Origin: Nannocystis bainbridge
Lineage (GTDB): Bacteria; Myxococcota_A; Polyangia; Nannocystales; Nannocystaceae
Assembly: GCF_028368995.1 (NCBI RefSeq)
Contig: NZ_JAQNDL010000003.1
Coordinates: 1,408,001 to 1,472,000 of the forward strand
Length of the DNA: 64,000 bases
Direction: 5' to 3'
Positions 20,539 through 31,795 of the stretch are shown here, one piece after another. Under the pieces are notes generated by a model. It worked only from the letters and a program-made list of their open reading frames with translations, ran no database searches and was not told where the DNA came from. Made by a program: the position numbers and the translations under genes. Numbering within the stretch: the first letter of the stretch is position 1; each line of letters opens with the position of its first letter.

Positions 20539-21264
20539 ATGTTTCTCGGCATTCGACGCGCGATCTCCCTCCTCCTGCTGAGCCTCTACTTCTGGAATTT
20601 CCTGCTCGTCGCCCTGGTGGGCCCGGAGGACCTGTACGCCTGCTACGCCGCCCTGGCCGCGGTCTACGGGGTCGCCTTCGTCGGCGTCGCCGCCGAGTGG
20701 TTCTGGGCCCGGTGGTTTGCCATCGGCCTCGGCCAGTTCGGGGCCTTCTCGCTGCTGGCGCTGCCGCAGACGGGGCCCGAGCCGTCGCTGCTGGTGTTCG
20801 GCATCTCGCACGTCCTGGTCGCGCTGTTCCTCGGCGGTGAGGGCATGGCCGCCCGCTACGAGCGGAGCGAGGCCTGCGTCGAGCGTTACAACTTCCAGGA
20901 GGAGTCGCTGATCCTGCTCCGCCGCTCGATCAAGTCGGCGGGCATGTCGCTGCCCTTCCTCATCCTCTTCACCCTCGCCCCGCGGCAGGACGCCCTGCAC
21001 CTGACGGCGCTCGGCCTCGGCGTCGCCGCCCTGGTCGGCCTGATCCGTCGCCGCACCTGGGCCCTGTTCGCCGCCGCCGGCGCGGGCGCGATCGCCCTGG
21101 GCGACGGCCTCGGCCTGTTCGGCGCCCCGACCCACGGCTACTTCCTCACCACCCCGAGCGGCAGCCTGATCCTCCACGGCCCCGGCTTCGCCCTGCTCGC
21201 CTCGCTCATGCTGCTGGTGCCCCTCGCGTTCGCCCGCCCGATCGCCCGCTGGCTGCGCGCTTGA
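20539..21264 (+). CDS. Hypothetical polytopic membrane protein
   Basis: About 7-8 hydrophobic segments; GC3 bias. Confidence 0.7.
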   Translation: MFLGIRRAISLLLLSLYFWNFLLVALVGPEDLYACYAALAAVYGVAFVGVAAEWFWARWFAIGLGQFGAFSLLALPQTGPEPSLLVFGISHVLVALFLGGEGMAARYERSEACVERYNFQEESLILLRRSIKSAGMSLPFLILFTLAPRQDALHLTALGLGVAALVGLIRRRTWALFAAAGAGAIALGDGLGLFGAPTHGYFLTTPSGSLILHGPGFALLASLMLLVPLAFARPIARWLRA

Positions 21265-21462
21265 GGCGGCCGGCTCGCGCCGGTCTCTTCAGACATGAAT
21301 GTTGGGCCAGGTCTCTTGGGACCTGGCCCTTTGTACATGGGGCGGCAGCGCCCCGCAGATAACTACCCGGACGTCACGTGTCTGGGGGCGCGGGCCCACG
21401 CGCCCGACCGGAGGTTTCTGCCTCATTGATTCGCGAGACACGCGCCGCTACCGTGTGCGGCC

Positions 21463-22971
21463 GTGGGCGCTCGCTTTCCTTTCCCTTCGTTTCCGCGTGG
21501 TTGGTTCGTCATCGGCTTCCCCGAGGACATCGCTCCCGGGCAGGTCAAGACCCTCCGTTACTTCGCGGAGGACATCGTCGTGTTCCGCACCGAGTCGGGC
21601 GTGCTGTCGGCGGTCGACAAGACCTGCCCGCACCTCGGCGCCCACCTCGGCGGCGGCCACGTCAAGGGTGAGTGCCTGCGCTGCCCGTTCCACGACTGGG
21701 GCTTCCGCACCGACGGCGTCGTCGTCGACGTCCCGTACGCGCCGAAGATCCCGGCCAAGGCCGCGGTCAAGACCTGGCACATCCGCGAGCAGAACGGCGT
21801 GATCCTGGCCTGGTACTGCCCCAAGGGCGAAGCCCCGGCCTACGAGGTCCCGGTGCTCGACGAGGAGGGCTGGACCGGCAACAAGACCGTGCGATGGGTC
21901 GTGCGCTCGCACCCGCAGGAGGTCGCCGAGAACACCGTCGACTGCTCGCACCTCGGCCCGGTCCACCACGTCGGCCGCACCGACGTGCTCTCGGTCGAGC
22001 AGGAGGGCCACTTCATGCGCGTCGTCCTCCAGATGGAGGCCTCGGGCGCGCCGATCGACATGCCCGACGAGTTCAACGACGTCCAGCTCGACGTCAAGCT
22101 GTACGGCATCGGCCACATCGTCTCGTCGACCACCGTGCTTACCTCGGACATGCAAACGCGCCAGCGGATCTACCCGACCCCGATCGACGAGGACACGATC
22201 GCGATCTTCGGCGTCAGCAACATCCGGCAGATGGCGGACGAGGGCTACACCCGCGAGATCGAGGACATCTTTTACCGGGCGTTCTTGGCCGACTTCCCCA
22301 AGGACTTCCCGATCTGGGAGAACAAGGCCTACCTCGACAAGCCGATGCTCGCCGGCGGAGACGGCCCGATCGGTCGCTACCGCCGCTGGTGCCGCCAGTT
22401 CTACGACTACCCCGAGGCCGCCCCCGCGCAGCCCGCCGCCGCCGCTGCCGCGCAACCGCTGGCCGCGCCCGTCACCGCGATCGCCAAGCTCAAGGGCTGG
22501 CTGCGCAACCTGGCCCAGGCCCCGGCCGCCAACGGCAACGGCGACAACAACAGCGGCAGCAACAACGACGCCGGCCTCGACGCCCACCTGATCGACCTCG
22601 GCCCCCGCAAGCCGCGAGCCGTCGCCGCCACCAGCAAGTTCGCCTCGGTCGGCGACTACTTCGACAGCCTCGAGAAGCGCTTCAACCCGGCCGCCGCCGG
22701 CGACCTGACGGCCGTCATCCAGTGGGTGCTCACCGGCGACAAGGCCTGCACCTACTTCGCCGAGATCAAGGACGGCAACGTCCAGCGCGTCGCCGGCACC
22801 CACCCGGCGCCGACGATCACCATCGAGATGTCGGCCGACGACTACCTGCTCATGATCAACGGCGAGCTCAACGGCGCTCGCGCCTTCTCGACCGGCCGCG
22901 GGCGCCTGCGCGGCCCCGTGCGCCTGGCGATGAAGATGCAGCGCCTGTTCCCGCTCGAGGCCGCGGTCTGA
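21463..22971 (+). CDS. Rieske oxygenase (KshA/Neverland-like) fused to a C-terminal SCP2 sterol-binding domain
   Basis: CPH...CPFH Rieske ligands, ENTVDCSHLGPVH iron site, DFPIWENKAY...DGPIGRYRRW..QFY; SCP2-like tail. Confidence 0.88.
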   Translation: MGARFPFPSFPRGWFVIGFPEDIAPGQVKTLRYFAEDIVVFRTESGVLSAVDKTCPHLGAHLGGGHVKGECLRCPFHDWGFRTDGVVVDVPYAPKIPAKAAVKTWHIREQNGVILAWYCPKGEAPAYEVPVLDEEGWTGNKTVRWVVRSHPQEVAENTVDCSHLGPVHHVGRTDVLSVEQEGHFMRVVLQMEASGAPIDMPDEFNDVQLDVKLYGIGHIVSSTTVLTSDMQTRQRIYPTPIDEDTIAIFGVSNIRQMADEGYTREIEDIFYRAFLADFPKDFPIWENKAYLDKPMLAGGDGPIGRYRRWCRQFYDYPEAAPAQPAAAAAAQPLAAPVTAIAKLKGWLRNLAQAPAANGNGDNNSGSNNDAGLDAHLIDLGPRKPRAVAATSKFASVGDYFDSLEKRFNPAAAGDLTAVIQWVLTGDKACTYFAEIKDGNVQRVAGTHPAPTITIEMSADDYLLMINGELNGARAFSTGRGRLRGPVRLAMKMQRLFPLEAAV

Positions 22972-22973
22972 AC

Positions 22974-23768
22974 ATGGACGAGCTCCTGCGCTGGCTGGCC
23001 CTCGCGTTCTGGTCGATCGTCGGCGGCCTCGTCATCGTCTGGGGCGTCGCCGGCTACTACCACGTCCGCTACTACGTCCTCCGCCGCCACGAGCCCGAGA
23101 CCTGGAAGTGCCAGCCCCGGCGCTGGCTACGGCCCGAGCAGCAGCGCCAGGCGATGCGGCTGACGACCATGAACATGACGATCGGCGGGCTGCTGTCGGG
23201 CACCTTCATCTGGTGCCTCGACCGCGGCCTGCCGACCGGCCTCTACTTCGACTTCGCCGAGCGCGGCTGGGCGTGGTTCCTCTTCAGCAGCGCCGCCTTC
23301 TTCCTGCTGGTCGACCTGCTGGCCTACTACGCCCACCGGGCGATGCACCACAAGCGGGTGTTCCGCCACGTCCACGCGTGGCACCACCGCTACGTCGCCA
23401 CCACCCCGTTCGTCGTCACGGCGATGCACCCGGCCGAGTTCTTGACCTTCCAGGCGGTCACCTTCTTGCCGATGCTGTTCCTGCCGATCTACTTCCTCAC
23501 GGCGATCGCGGTGTTCGTCTACATCCTGGTGTTCAACATCATCGACCACTCGGGCGTGAAGCTGAGCTCGCGCTGGCCGTGGCAGGGCCCGACCAGCTTC
23601 CACGACGACCACCACGCCCACTTCCACTGCAACTTCGGCCAGTGCCTGCTGCTGTGGGACCGCCTCCACGGCACCCTCCGCCGCAAGAACCGCCGCTACG
23701 GCGCCGACGTCTACGGCGGCCGTGGATCGGGCGGAACCACCGAAGACGAATTCGTCACGTACAAATGA
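22974..23768 (+). CDS. Sterol desaturase/fatty acid hydroxylase family (ERG3/ERG25-like)
   Basis: Three His boxes HRAMH, HAWHH, HDDHH; NFGQ...WDRLHGT; starts 2 bp after the Rieske gene. Confidence 0.88.
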   Translation: MDELLRWLALAFWSIVGGLVIVWGVAGYYHVRYYVLRRHEPETWKCQPRRWLRPEQQRQAMRLTTMNMTIGGLLSGTFIWCLDRGLPTGLYFDFAERGWAWFLFSSAAFFLLVDLLAYYAHRAMHHKRVFRHVHAWHHRYVATTPFVVTAMHPAEFLTFQAVTFLPMLFLPIYFLTAIAVFVYILVFNIIDHSGVKLSSRWPWQGPTSFHDDHHAHFHCNFGQCLLLWDRLHGTLRRKNRRYGADVYGGRGSGGTTEDEFVTYK

Positions 23769-23829
23769 CCCCGACGCGGCCCGCTCGCCGCCTCGCCTCG
23801 ACGACCTCCCGCGCCCCGATCGACCTCGC

Positions 23830-24975
23830 ATGCACGCTCCCTGGGACCTCGCCCCGCACCTGCCCTGGCACGTCTTCACCAACCCCGCCGACAAGTGGGC
23901 GACGATGCCGTCGTTCCTGCTCGGCGAGTACCTGTTCTACGCCTGCGCCGCCCTGGCGTTCACCCACGCGTGGAAGCAGGGCGCCGAGCGGCGCAAGCAC
24001 CTGCTCGCGTGGTTCGGCGCGCTGCTGGCCGGCACCGCCAACGACATGATCTTCATGGCCCTGCCGCTGGTCGACAACTTCTGGCAGGCGCAGTCGACGA
24101 TCATGATCACGCCGCGGCTGCCGCTGTACATCCCCTGCGTCTACGTCTGCTTCATGTACTTCCCGACGGTGTCGGTGTGGCGCCTCGGCCTGCCGCCGCT
24201 GGCCCGCGCCGCCCTCACCGGCCTCGCCGGCAGCCTGTTCTACGCCCCCTATGACATCACCGGCGCCAAGTTCCTGTGGTGGACCTGGCACGACAGCGAC
24301 GCCCCGATCGCCAGCCGACTGCTCGGCGCGCCGATCGGCAGCACCATGTGGGTCATCACCTTCGTCGCCGCCTTCTCGTGGCTGCTCGGCAAAGCCACCG
24401 ACCGCGACCCCGCCGTGGCCGGCAAGACGGTCGCCAAGGGCCTCGCGCTGGTGTGCGGCCTCAGCACGCTGCTGATGATGCTGCAGCTCAACGTCCTCCA
24501 GCAGCTCGACGGCGGCGTCCCGGGGCCGATCGGCCTCGTCACCGTGATCGCCCTGTACGGCCTGCTGATCTGGCGCGGAGCCAGGCGCGCCGACCCGGCC
24601 GAGCCGCGCCGCGCCGACCGGATCCTCCACGCCGCGGTGGTCCTCTACTTCACAAGCCTGGCCGTGATCATGGCGACCTTCACGCCCGAGGACCACGTCA
24701 GCGCGAGCATGCACCAGACCTACGGCCAGTGCCACGTCGAGGCCACCGACATCACCGGCCACACCCGCTGGCTTTACGTGTGCGCCGAGGACTTCGACGA
24801 GGACTACTCGTTCGACGGGGTCAAGCTGCCGAGCGACGGCGCCGAGTGGTACACCGTCACCGGCCGCCCGCACACCAGCTACCCGAAGTGGCTGGCCGGC
24901 GTGTCCGGCCTCGGCCTCGCCGGCATCGCCCTCTACTCGTTCCTGCTCGGCCCGCTGCGCCGCCGCCGTCGCTGA
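23830..24975 (+). CDS. Uncharacterised multi-pass membrane protein in a sterol-related operon
   Basis: About 8 TM segments; polar motifs DNFWQAQ, RLPLYI, YDITGAKFLWWTWHDSD. Confidence 0.75.
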   Translation: MHAPWDLAPHLPWHVFTNPADKWATMPSFLLGEYLFYACAALAFTHAWKQGAERRKHLLAWFGALLAGTANDMIFMALPLVDNFWQAQSTIMITPRLPLYIPCVYVCFMYFPTVSVWRLGLPPLARAALTGLAGSLFYAPYDITGAKFLWWTWHDSDAPIASRLLGAPIGSTMWVITFVAAFSWLLGKATDRDPAVAGKTVAKGLALVCGLSTLLMMLQLNVLQQLDGGVPGPIGLVTVIALYGLLIWRGARRADPAEPRRADRILHAAVVLYFTSLAVIMATFTPEDHVSASMHQTYGQCHVEATDITGHTRWLYVCAEDFDEDYSFDGVKLPSDGAEWYTVTGRPHTSYPKWLAGVSGLGLAGIALYSFLLGPLRRRRR

Positions 24976-24989
24976 CGGCTCGCTCTTGG

Positions 24990-25067
24990 GACATGTCACC
25001 CGCGACATGTCCCTCGCACCATGCACGAAGGGACATGCCCACGAGGGCATGTCCCTTTCACCATGTC
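24990..25067. repeat. 14-bp-phased TGTC-N6-GACA array (6 junctions)
   Basis: CATG cores at 24992, 25006, 25020, 25034, 25048, 25062, between convergent genes. Confidence 0.85.
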
Positions 25068-25080
25068 CGCTCTGGGAGCG

Positions 25081-26193
25081 TCAGGTCGCCGCGCCGTAGC
25101 CGGGGATCACCTCGGCGAGCGCCTTGGCCAGCACGTCGAGCTCGGCGTTCGTGCCGACGCCGACGCGCAGGCAGCCGCCCAGGCGCGGCAGGCCCGAGGC
25201 GTCCTTGACCAGGACCCCGCGCTGGGCCAGCTCCAGAGCGACGCGAGTGGCCTCGCCGGGCGGGTCGAGGCGGACGACCGCGAAGTTGGCGGAGGCGGGG
25301 AAGAGCTTGGCCTTGGGGATCTTGCCGAGGATCCCGACCAGCTTCTGCCGCGCCGCCAGGCTGCGGGTCAGCATCGCCTTCTGCACGCCCTCGAACTTGG
25401 TCAGCACCAGCTCGGCGATCGCCTGGCTGGTGGCCGACACGTTGTACGGGTTGCGGACCACGTTGAGCGGCCGCCGCAGCGCCGGCGGGGCCACGCAGTA
25501 GCCGACCCGCAGCGCCGCCAGCCCGATCTTCGACAGCGTCGACATGTAGACCACGTTGTCGGGCAGGCCCGCGCGCCACAGCGACGCCCCCGGCGCGTAC
25601 GAGATGTACGCCTCGTCGAGCACGAACACCGTCCCCGGGTGCTGCGCGATCAGCCGCTCGATCACCGCCGCGTCCCACAGGCTGCTGGTCGGGTTGTTCG
25701 GCCGGGCCAGGAAACACAGCGCCGCGCCAGTGGCGACGTCGAGCGCCTCGTGCAGCAGCGGCTCGTCGAGCTCGAGCTCCTCGGTGAGAGGCACCTCGAG
25801 CACGCCGATCCCGCGGCAGCGCGCCGCGTGGCCGTACATGTGGAAGGTCGGCGTCGGCACGACGAGGAAGCTCGGCTCGCTCGGCCGTCCGCCCAGCGCG
25901 GTCAGCAGGAAGCCGATGATCTCGTCGCTGCCGCAGCCGATCACCACCGCCTCCGGGTCGACCCCGTGGCGCTGGGCCAGCAGCGCCCGCAGCTTGCGCC
26001 CCGACGTGTCGGGATAGCGGGCCAGCTCGATCTGCGCCACCCGCTTGCCGATCTCCTGCATCACCTCCATCGGCCACGGCTCGGCCAGCTCGTTGGACGC
26101 AAGGCGTGCCTTGGCCGGCACTGGCTCGATGTCATATACGTCGAGACCCGCGAGCGCAGGCCGCAGGTGGCGGGTCCATTCAGATGTCGTCAT
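25081..26193 (-). CDS. hisC: Histidinol-phosphate aminotransferase
   Basis: LASNE, RYPD, GCGSDE, PNNPT, DEAY, TLSKIGLAALRVGY; adjacent to hisD. Confidence 0.9.
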   Translation of the reverse strand: MTTSEWTRHLRPALAGLDVYDIEPVPAKARLASNELAEPWPMEVMQEIGKRVAQIELARYPDTSGRKLRALLAQRHGVDPEAVVIGCGSDEIIGFLLTALGGRPSEPSFLVVPTPTFHMYGHAARCRGIGVLEVPLTEELELDEPLLHEALDVATGAALCFLARPNNPTSSLWDAAVIERLIAQHPGTVFVLDEAYISYAPGASLWRAGLPDNVVYMSTLSKIGLAALRVGYCVAPPALRRPLNVVRNPYNVSATSQAIAELVLTKFEGVQKAMLTRSLAARQKLVGILGKIPKAKLFPASANFAVVRLDPPGEATRVALELAQRGVLVKDASGLPRLGGCLRVGVGTNAELDVLAKALAEVIPGYGAAT

Positions 26194-26230
26194 GAACATG
26201 TCCTCCGGGTCATGTCTTAAGTGCTATGTC
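26181..26230. repeat. 14-bp-phased array spanning the hisD/hisC junction
   Basis: (C/G/T)ATG cores at 26183, 26197, 26211, 26225. Confidence 0.7.
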
Positions 26231-27528
26231 GTTTCGCGCAGGCGTAACTCGGCCGCGCGAGCGTGCCCCTCGAGCCCCTCGGCGCGGGCCAAGCGAGCGA
26301 TCGCCGGCGCCTGGGCGGCCAGCGCGGCGCGGCCGAGCCGCAGCACGCTGGTGTGCTTGACGAAGTCCCACACCCCGAGCGGTGAGGCGAAGCGGGCCGC
26401 GCCGGCCGTCGGCAGCACGTGGCTGGGCCCGGCCGTGTAGTCGCCGGCGGCCTCGGGCGTGAACGCGCCGACGAAGATCGCCCCCGCGCTGACGATCTGC
26501 CGCGCCACCTCGTCGGCCTCGGCCACCAGCAGCTCGACGTGCTCGGGCGCGTAGGCGTTGACGGCCGCGACCATCGCCGCGAGGTCGTCGACCACCACCG
26601 CCGCGCCGTGCTCGCGCAGCGCCTGCGAGGCGATCTCGGCCCGCGGCAGGTCGCCCAGCTGTCGCGCCAGCGCCGCGGTCACGCGGGGCACCAGCGCCTC
26701 GTCGTCGGTCACGAGGATCGCGCACGCGAGCACGTCGTGCTCGGCCTGGGCGATCAGGTCGGCGGCGATCAGCTCGGGGTCGGCGGCCGCGTCGGCCATC
26801 ACCACGATCTCGCTCGGCCCGGCGATCCCGTCGATCGCACACAGCCCGAACACCTGGCGCTTGGCCGCGGTCACGTAGGCGTTGCCGGGCCCGACGATCT
26901 TGTCGACGCGCGGCACCGTCGCGGTCCCCAGCGCCAGCGCGGCGATCGCCTGCGCCCCGCCGATCTGGAACACGCGGTCGACCTCGGCGATCTCGGCCGC
27001 CAGCAGCACCACGTCGGGCGCGCGCGGCGTCACCAGGATCACCTCGGGCACGCCGGCGACCTTGGCCGGGATCCCGGCCATCAGCACCGACGACGGATAG
27101 GCCGCGGTGCCGCCGGGCGCATACACGGCGACGCGGCGCAGCGGCGCGACCCGGCTGTACAAAGAGACATCTTCGATCTCGAGCCCGGTGTCGCCGTGGG
27201 CCTGGGTCTCGTGGAACACCCGGATCCCGCGGGCCGCGGTGACGAGGGCGGCGCGCAGGTCGGGCGACACGCGCGCCGCCGCCTCGGCCCGCGCCTCGCG
27301 GGAGATCTCGAACTGCTCGGGCGTCAGCGTGCGCTGCTCGAACCGGCTCGTCAGCTCGCACACCGCCGCGTCGCCGCGCGCCCGCACGTCGGCGATGATT
27401 GCGCGCGCAGCCGCATCGGCCTCGCCTTCGAGCCCCGCCGCGCGGGAGCAGAGGCTCCTCCAGGTCGCCTGGTCCTCGGCTCTACCCCCGCCGCGGAGGT
27501 CGAGCGTGCGAAAGCCGAGGTCTCGCAT
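26224..27528 (-). CDS. hisD: Histidinol dehydrogenase
   Basis: [62 protein letters not shown]. Confidence 0.95.
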   Translation of the reverse strand: MRDLGFRTLDLRGGGRAEDQATWRSLCSRAAGLEGEADAAARAIIADVRARGDAAVCELTSRFEQRTLTPEQFEISREARAEAAARVSPDLRAALVTAARGIRVFHETQAHGDTGLEIEDVSLYSRVAPLRRVAVYAPGGTAAYPSSVLMAGIPAKVAGVPEVILVTPRAPDVVLLAAEIAEVDRVFQIGGAQAIAALALGTATVPRVDKIVGPGNAYVTAAKRQVFGLCAIDGIAGPSEIVVMADAAADPELIAADLIAQAEHDVLACAILVTDDEALVPRVTAALARQLGDLPRAEIASQALREHGAAVVVDDLAAMVAAVNAYAPEHVELLVAEADEVARQIVSAGAIFVGAFTPEAAGDYTAGPSHVLPTAGAARFASPLGVWDFVKHTSVLRLGRAALAAQAPAIARLARAEGLEGHARAAELRLRETT

Positions 27529-27606
27529 CGCTCGCAAGGTACAGCGCTCACGCCCCTGACGGAAGTGAAACTCGCCCGGTTCTTGGTTATCCTGCCTTCT
27601 GCGCAG

Positions 27607-28731
27607 ATGTCGCCCGCCGCGTACTGTCCAGCTCGCGTCCTCGCGCCTGCACGCGCGGTGGGGCTCGCGCTCACGCTCGCGCACGCGGCCTGCACCGCCC
27701 CCGGCCCCGGCGCGACCGAGGGCGCCGGCACGGGCGACAGCAGCAGCACCGGGGTGTGGGCCGAGGCGCCCGCCCCCGCCGACGCTTGCGACGAGGCCCT
27801 GCTGGTGTCGCAGGGGCGTTATCGCGGCAACCTGCGCGAAATGAAGGTCGACGAGCCGATCGGCGGCGTGTGCGGCGGCGCCGGCCCGGACGCGTTCTTC
27901 CGCGTCGAGGTCCCGGTGCGGGCCGACCTCCGCGTCGCCGCCCACGGCGTCGGCTTCGCCCCGCGCCTCTCGCTCGCCCCCGACGACTGCCTCGGAGGAC
28001 GCGAGATCACCTGCGCCGCCGACGGCCCGCTCGAGCTGCCCGACCTCGCCGCCGGCACCGTCCTGCGCCTCGCCATCGGCGTCGACGCGGCTGTCTTTTC
28101 GGACCTGAAACAAAAGCCAGCCCCCGACGACGCCGTCGACCCGCTGAGCTACGACCTCGACATCGGCCTCGTCCGCGTGCTCGCGGCCGGCGACGTGTGC
28201 GAGCCGGCCTCGCGCGGGCGCTGCGTCGCCGGCACCCTGTGCATGACGAGCGCCCCGGCCCAGCCGCCCGAGTGCACCACCCTGCCCGGCGACACCTGCA
28301 GCACCGCCCTGCGCACGCCGGTCGTGCTGAGCCCCGCCGGCGAGGGCGCTCTGGTGATCGACCCCGCCCTGCCGCAGACCGACGCGCACGCCAGCAGCTG
28401 CGGCGGCGCCGGTCTGCGCGAGCGGGTCCTGCAGTTGGATCTGCCGGTGGTGCCCCCGGCGCGGGCGCTCGAGATCACGGTCAGCCGTCCGGACATCGGC
28501 CTCGCCGTGCGCTCGCCCGGCTGCCTCGCCGCCGACGAAGTCGCCTGCGCGGCCGGCACCGGCGCCCCGGCCCGGATCGTGCTGGATCGCCTCGCGGCCC
28601 GCCGCGCCGCCGGCGTGGCGCCTTACTTGTTCATCGAGCTCCCGCTCCACAGCGAACGCGATCCTGCCTTCACGCTCGACCTGCGCCTCGTGCCCGAGCC
28701 GACCGCCTGGGGCACGGCTGGAGCACCGTGA
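27607..28731 (+). CDS. Cys-rich lipoprotein with two PPC-like beta domains
   Basis: Lipobox HAAC; duplicated DAC/DTC...CGGAG motifs. Exact start uncertain. Confidence 0.7.
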   Translation: MSPAAYCPARVLAPARAVGLALTLAHAACTAPGPGATEGAGTGDSSSTGVWAEAPAPADACDEALLVSQGRYRGNLREMKVDEPIGGVCGGAGPDAFFRVEVPVRADLRVAAHGVGFAPRLSLAPDDCLGGREITCAADGPLELPDLAAGTVLRLAIGVDAAVFSDLKQKPAPDDAVDPLSYDLDIGLVRVLAAGDVCEPASRGRCVAGTLCMTSAPAQPPECTTLPGDTCSTALRTPVVLSPAGEGALVIDPALPQTDAHASSCGGAGLRERVLQLDLPVVPPARALEITVSRPDIGLAVRSPGCLAADEVACAAGTGAPARIVLDRLAARRAAGVAPYLFIELPLHSERDPAFTLDLRLVPEPTAWGTAGAP

Positions 28732-28913
28732 CGCCCTCGCGTGCGCGTGTGAGGGTTTGACGCCACCTGCGTGATCGGCGGGCTCATCCCGCGTGAGATC
28801 GTCGCGAATGGGCCGCAAAGCGCTTGCCCTGCGCAAAAGGCGCGCATATGCTCGCGCCGCGCCCGCGGGTGCCAATCCTTACGTCAACCGCTGTTCCGCC
28901 ACCGAGAGTCAAA

Positions 28914-30068
<1,155 letters not shown>

Positions 30069-30090
30069 GCCCCCTCCGGTCCCGACGCCC

Positions 30091-30134
30091 GCGCGCGACC
30101 CCGGCCCCCGCCGCGGTCGCGCGCTGTTTTTTTT
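30091..30134 (+). terminator. Intrinsic terminator of metK
   Basis: 10-bp stem gcgcgcgacc/ggtcgcgcgc followed by a T8 tract. Confidence 0.8.
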
Positions 30135-30155
30135 GGCGATGACGATGGCGTTCGG

Positions 30156-30220
30156 GACATGTCCTCACGGGCATGTCCCGATCGACATGTCCCATGTGGC
30201 ATGTCCCGTTCGACATGTCC
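30156..30220. repeat. 14-bp-phased TGTC-N6-GACA array (5 junctions)
   Basis: CATG at 30158, 30172, 30186, 30200, 30214. Confidence 0.85.
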
Positions 30221-30234
30221 AAGGGGCAGCCCTC

Positions 30235-30600
30235 GCGGCCGCCCACTCGCTCCACCCGCGCGCATCCGCGTCCGGTTGCCCCGACATGTCCGAAGCACGG
30301 TGAGCCGCCTCCGCCACCGCGCACTCGCTCCACCCGAGCCCATCCGCGGGTCGGCTGACCCCGACACGTCCGAAGCACGCCTGGGCCGCCTTCTCGCCCG
30401 CGCACTCGCTTTCGCCCACGCCCATCCGCGGCCGGCTGGCTCCGACATCTTCGAGAGCACGCCGAAGCCGCCTTCTCGCCCGCGCACTCGCTACATCCGC
30501 GGCCGGCTGGCCCCGACAAGATCAAAGCACGCGGGGCCGCCTTCGCGGTCGCGCACTCGCTATCCGCGGCCGGCGGCCCCGTCATGCTCCAGACACGCCG
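30235..30600. repeat. Degenerate tandem repeat, 5 copies of about 70-82 bp
   Basis: CACTCGCT at 30244, 30322, 30403, 30485, 30554; most copies are followed by ATCCGCG, CCGACA, AGCAC and GCCGCCT blocks. Confidence 0.8.
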
Positions 30601-30990
30601 AGTCTCCCTCGCCGCCCCGAGATCGCGCGCACCGCAAGCAGCCGCTCGCTCCTAGCACGCCGCAGCCATCGGCACGGCGACATCGCCGAGCGCCCCCTCG
30701 TCCGACTCACGCAGCGCGGCCTGTCTCGCTGCGACTCGCGAACGCGACGAGCGAGCACCCGAGCGCGCGTGCAGATGCAGCAAACCGAAGCACGCCTCCG
30801 CCAAGTTCGCCGCGAGCCGGCCACTTCAATGGTTGAAAGCCGTGCAGTCGACCCGGCTCGCGTGGCCCCAGCAATTTCTCGAGCGCGGTCGCCGCTGGTT
30901 CGATCCCGCCCTCACCCTGCAAGCACCCACGGAGCCCACGAATTGTCCGCCGACTGGCTCAGAATTACGCGCCTTGGTAGCCTGTCTGTG

Positions 30991-31791
30991 ATGGTCGCCT
31001 CGCCGTCGCGCCGGCTCTCTGTTGCTGCTCTGGTCCTCGCCCTCGCCGGCGGGGCCACCTGGGCCCACGCCGCTCCCGCCCCGAAGAAGGCGGCCGCCGC
31101 CCCGGCCGCGGCGCCTGCGTCTGCCGATCCGGCACCGACCCAGACGGCCGCGCAGACGCCGACCCCGACCGCCGCCACCAACACCGGCGGCCTGCTCGGC
31201 GAGGACCCTGCCGCCAGCGCGCGCACCTCGGACCTCTACGGCGACCGCCTCGACGGCATCGAGGCCGAGGTCAACAGCCTCAAGGACAAGATCTTCCGCA
31301 GCAAGGCGCGCCTGGCTGTCCTTCGCGACACCGTCATGGCGGGCGTCGCCGCTGGCGGCCGCGTCGTGCTCGCCCACCGCAACCTCATGGGCGTCGGCTT
31401 CCGCCTGGTGCGGATCGTCTACACCCTCGACGGCGCGCAGATCTTCGCCCGCAGCGACGAATCGGGCGGCCTCGACGCCGAGGACGAGATCCTCGTGTTC
31501 GACGGCACCTTGCCGCCCGGCCCGCACGAGGCCCGCGTCGAGCTCACCTACCAGGGCCAGGGCTACGGCGTCTTCACCTACCTGCGCGGCTACACCTTCA
31601 AGTCGCCGCAGACCCACAGCTTCAACGTCACCGAGGGCGGCAGCTTCAAGCTGGTCAGCAAGGGCTACGAGCGCGGCAACCTCACCACCGAGATGAAGGA
31701 CCGCCCGGCCGTCGAGTTCCAGATCCTGGGCCAGGACGGCGTCGCCAGCTCCGCCGCCAAGTCCGAGCCCGCCGCCGCGCCCGCCAAGTGA
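30991..31791 (+). CDS. Secreted hypothetical protein (coiled coil plus beta domain), first gene of the Glt-like operon
   Basis: Signal peptide (AHA); LEAEVNSLKDKIFRSKARL-type coiled coil; ends 4 bp before the next gene. Confidence 0.75.
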   Translation: MVASPSRRLSVAALVLALAGGATWAHAAPAPKKAAAAPAAAPASADPAPTQTAAQTPTPTAATNTGGLLGEDPAASARTSDLYGDRLDGIEAEVNSLKDKIFRSKARLAVLRDTVMAGVAAGGRVVLAHRNLMGVGFRLVRIVYTLDGAQIFARSDESGGLDAEDEILVFDGTLPPGPHEARVELTYQGQGYGVFTYLRGYTFKSPQTHSFNVTEGGSFKLVSKGYERGNLTTEMKDRPAVEFQILGQDGVASSAAKSEPAAAPAK

Positions 31792-31795
31792 TCCC

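Noticed and set aside
21304-21332. 10-bp hairpin plus TTT as a plain intrinsic terminator
   Set aside because: The stem is one unit of the phased array (cores 21280-21336) and the T tract is short. It may still terminate, but it was not called separately.
24990-25067. 14-bp arrays or the 30235-30600 repeat as CRISPR arrays
   Set aside because: The 14-bp units are far too short, the longer repeat is degenerate along its whole length with no unique 30-40 bp spacers, and there are no cas genes.
26224-28875. Long N-terminal extensions in the ORF track (883-aa HisD, 694-aa aminotransferase, 698-aa desaturase, 709-aa GltG-like, 1300-aa TPR) as fusions
   Set aside because: The extensions are Arg/Pro/Ala-rich off-frame or antisense readings over neighbouring genes, typical of high-GC DNA. 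Starts were trimmed.
28740-28913. SAM riboswitch upstream of metK
   Set aside because: I could not match SAM-I, SAM-II, SAH or SAM/SAH consensus by eye. An Rfam/Infernal scan would settle it.
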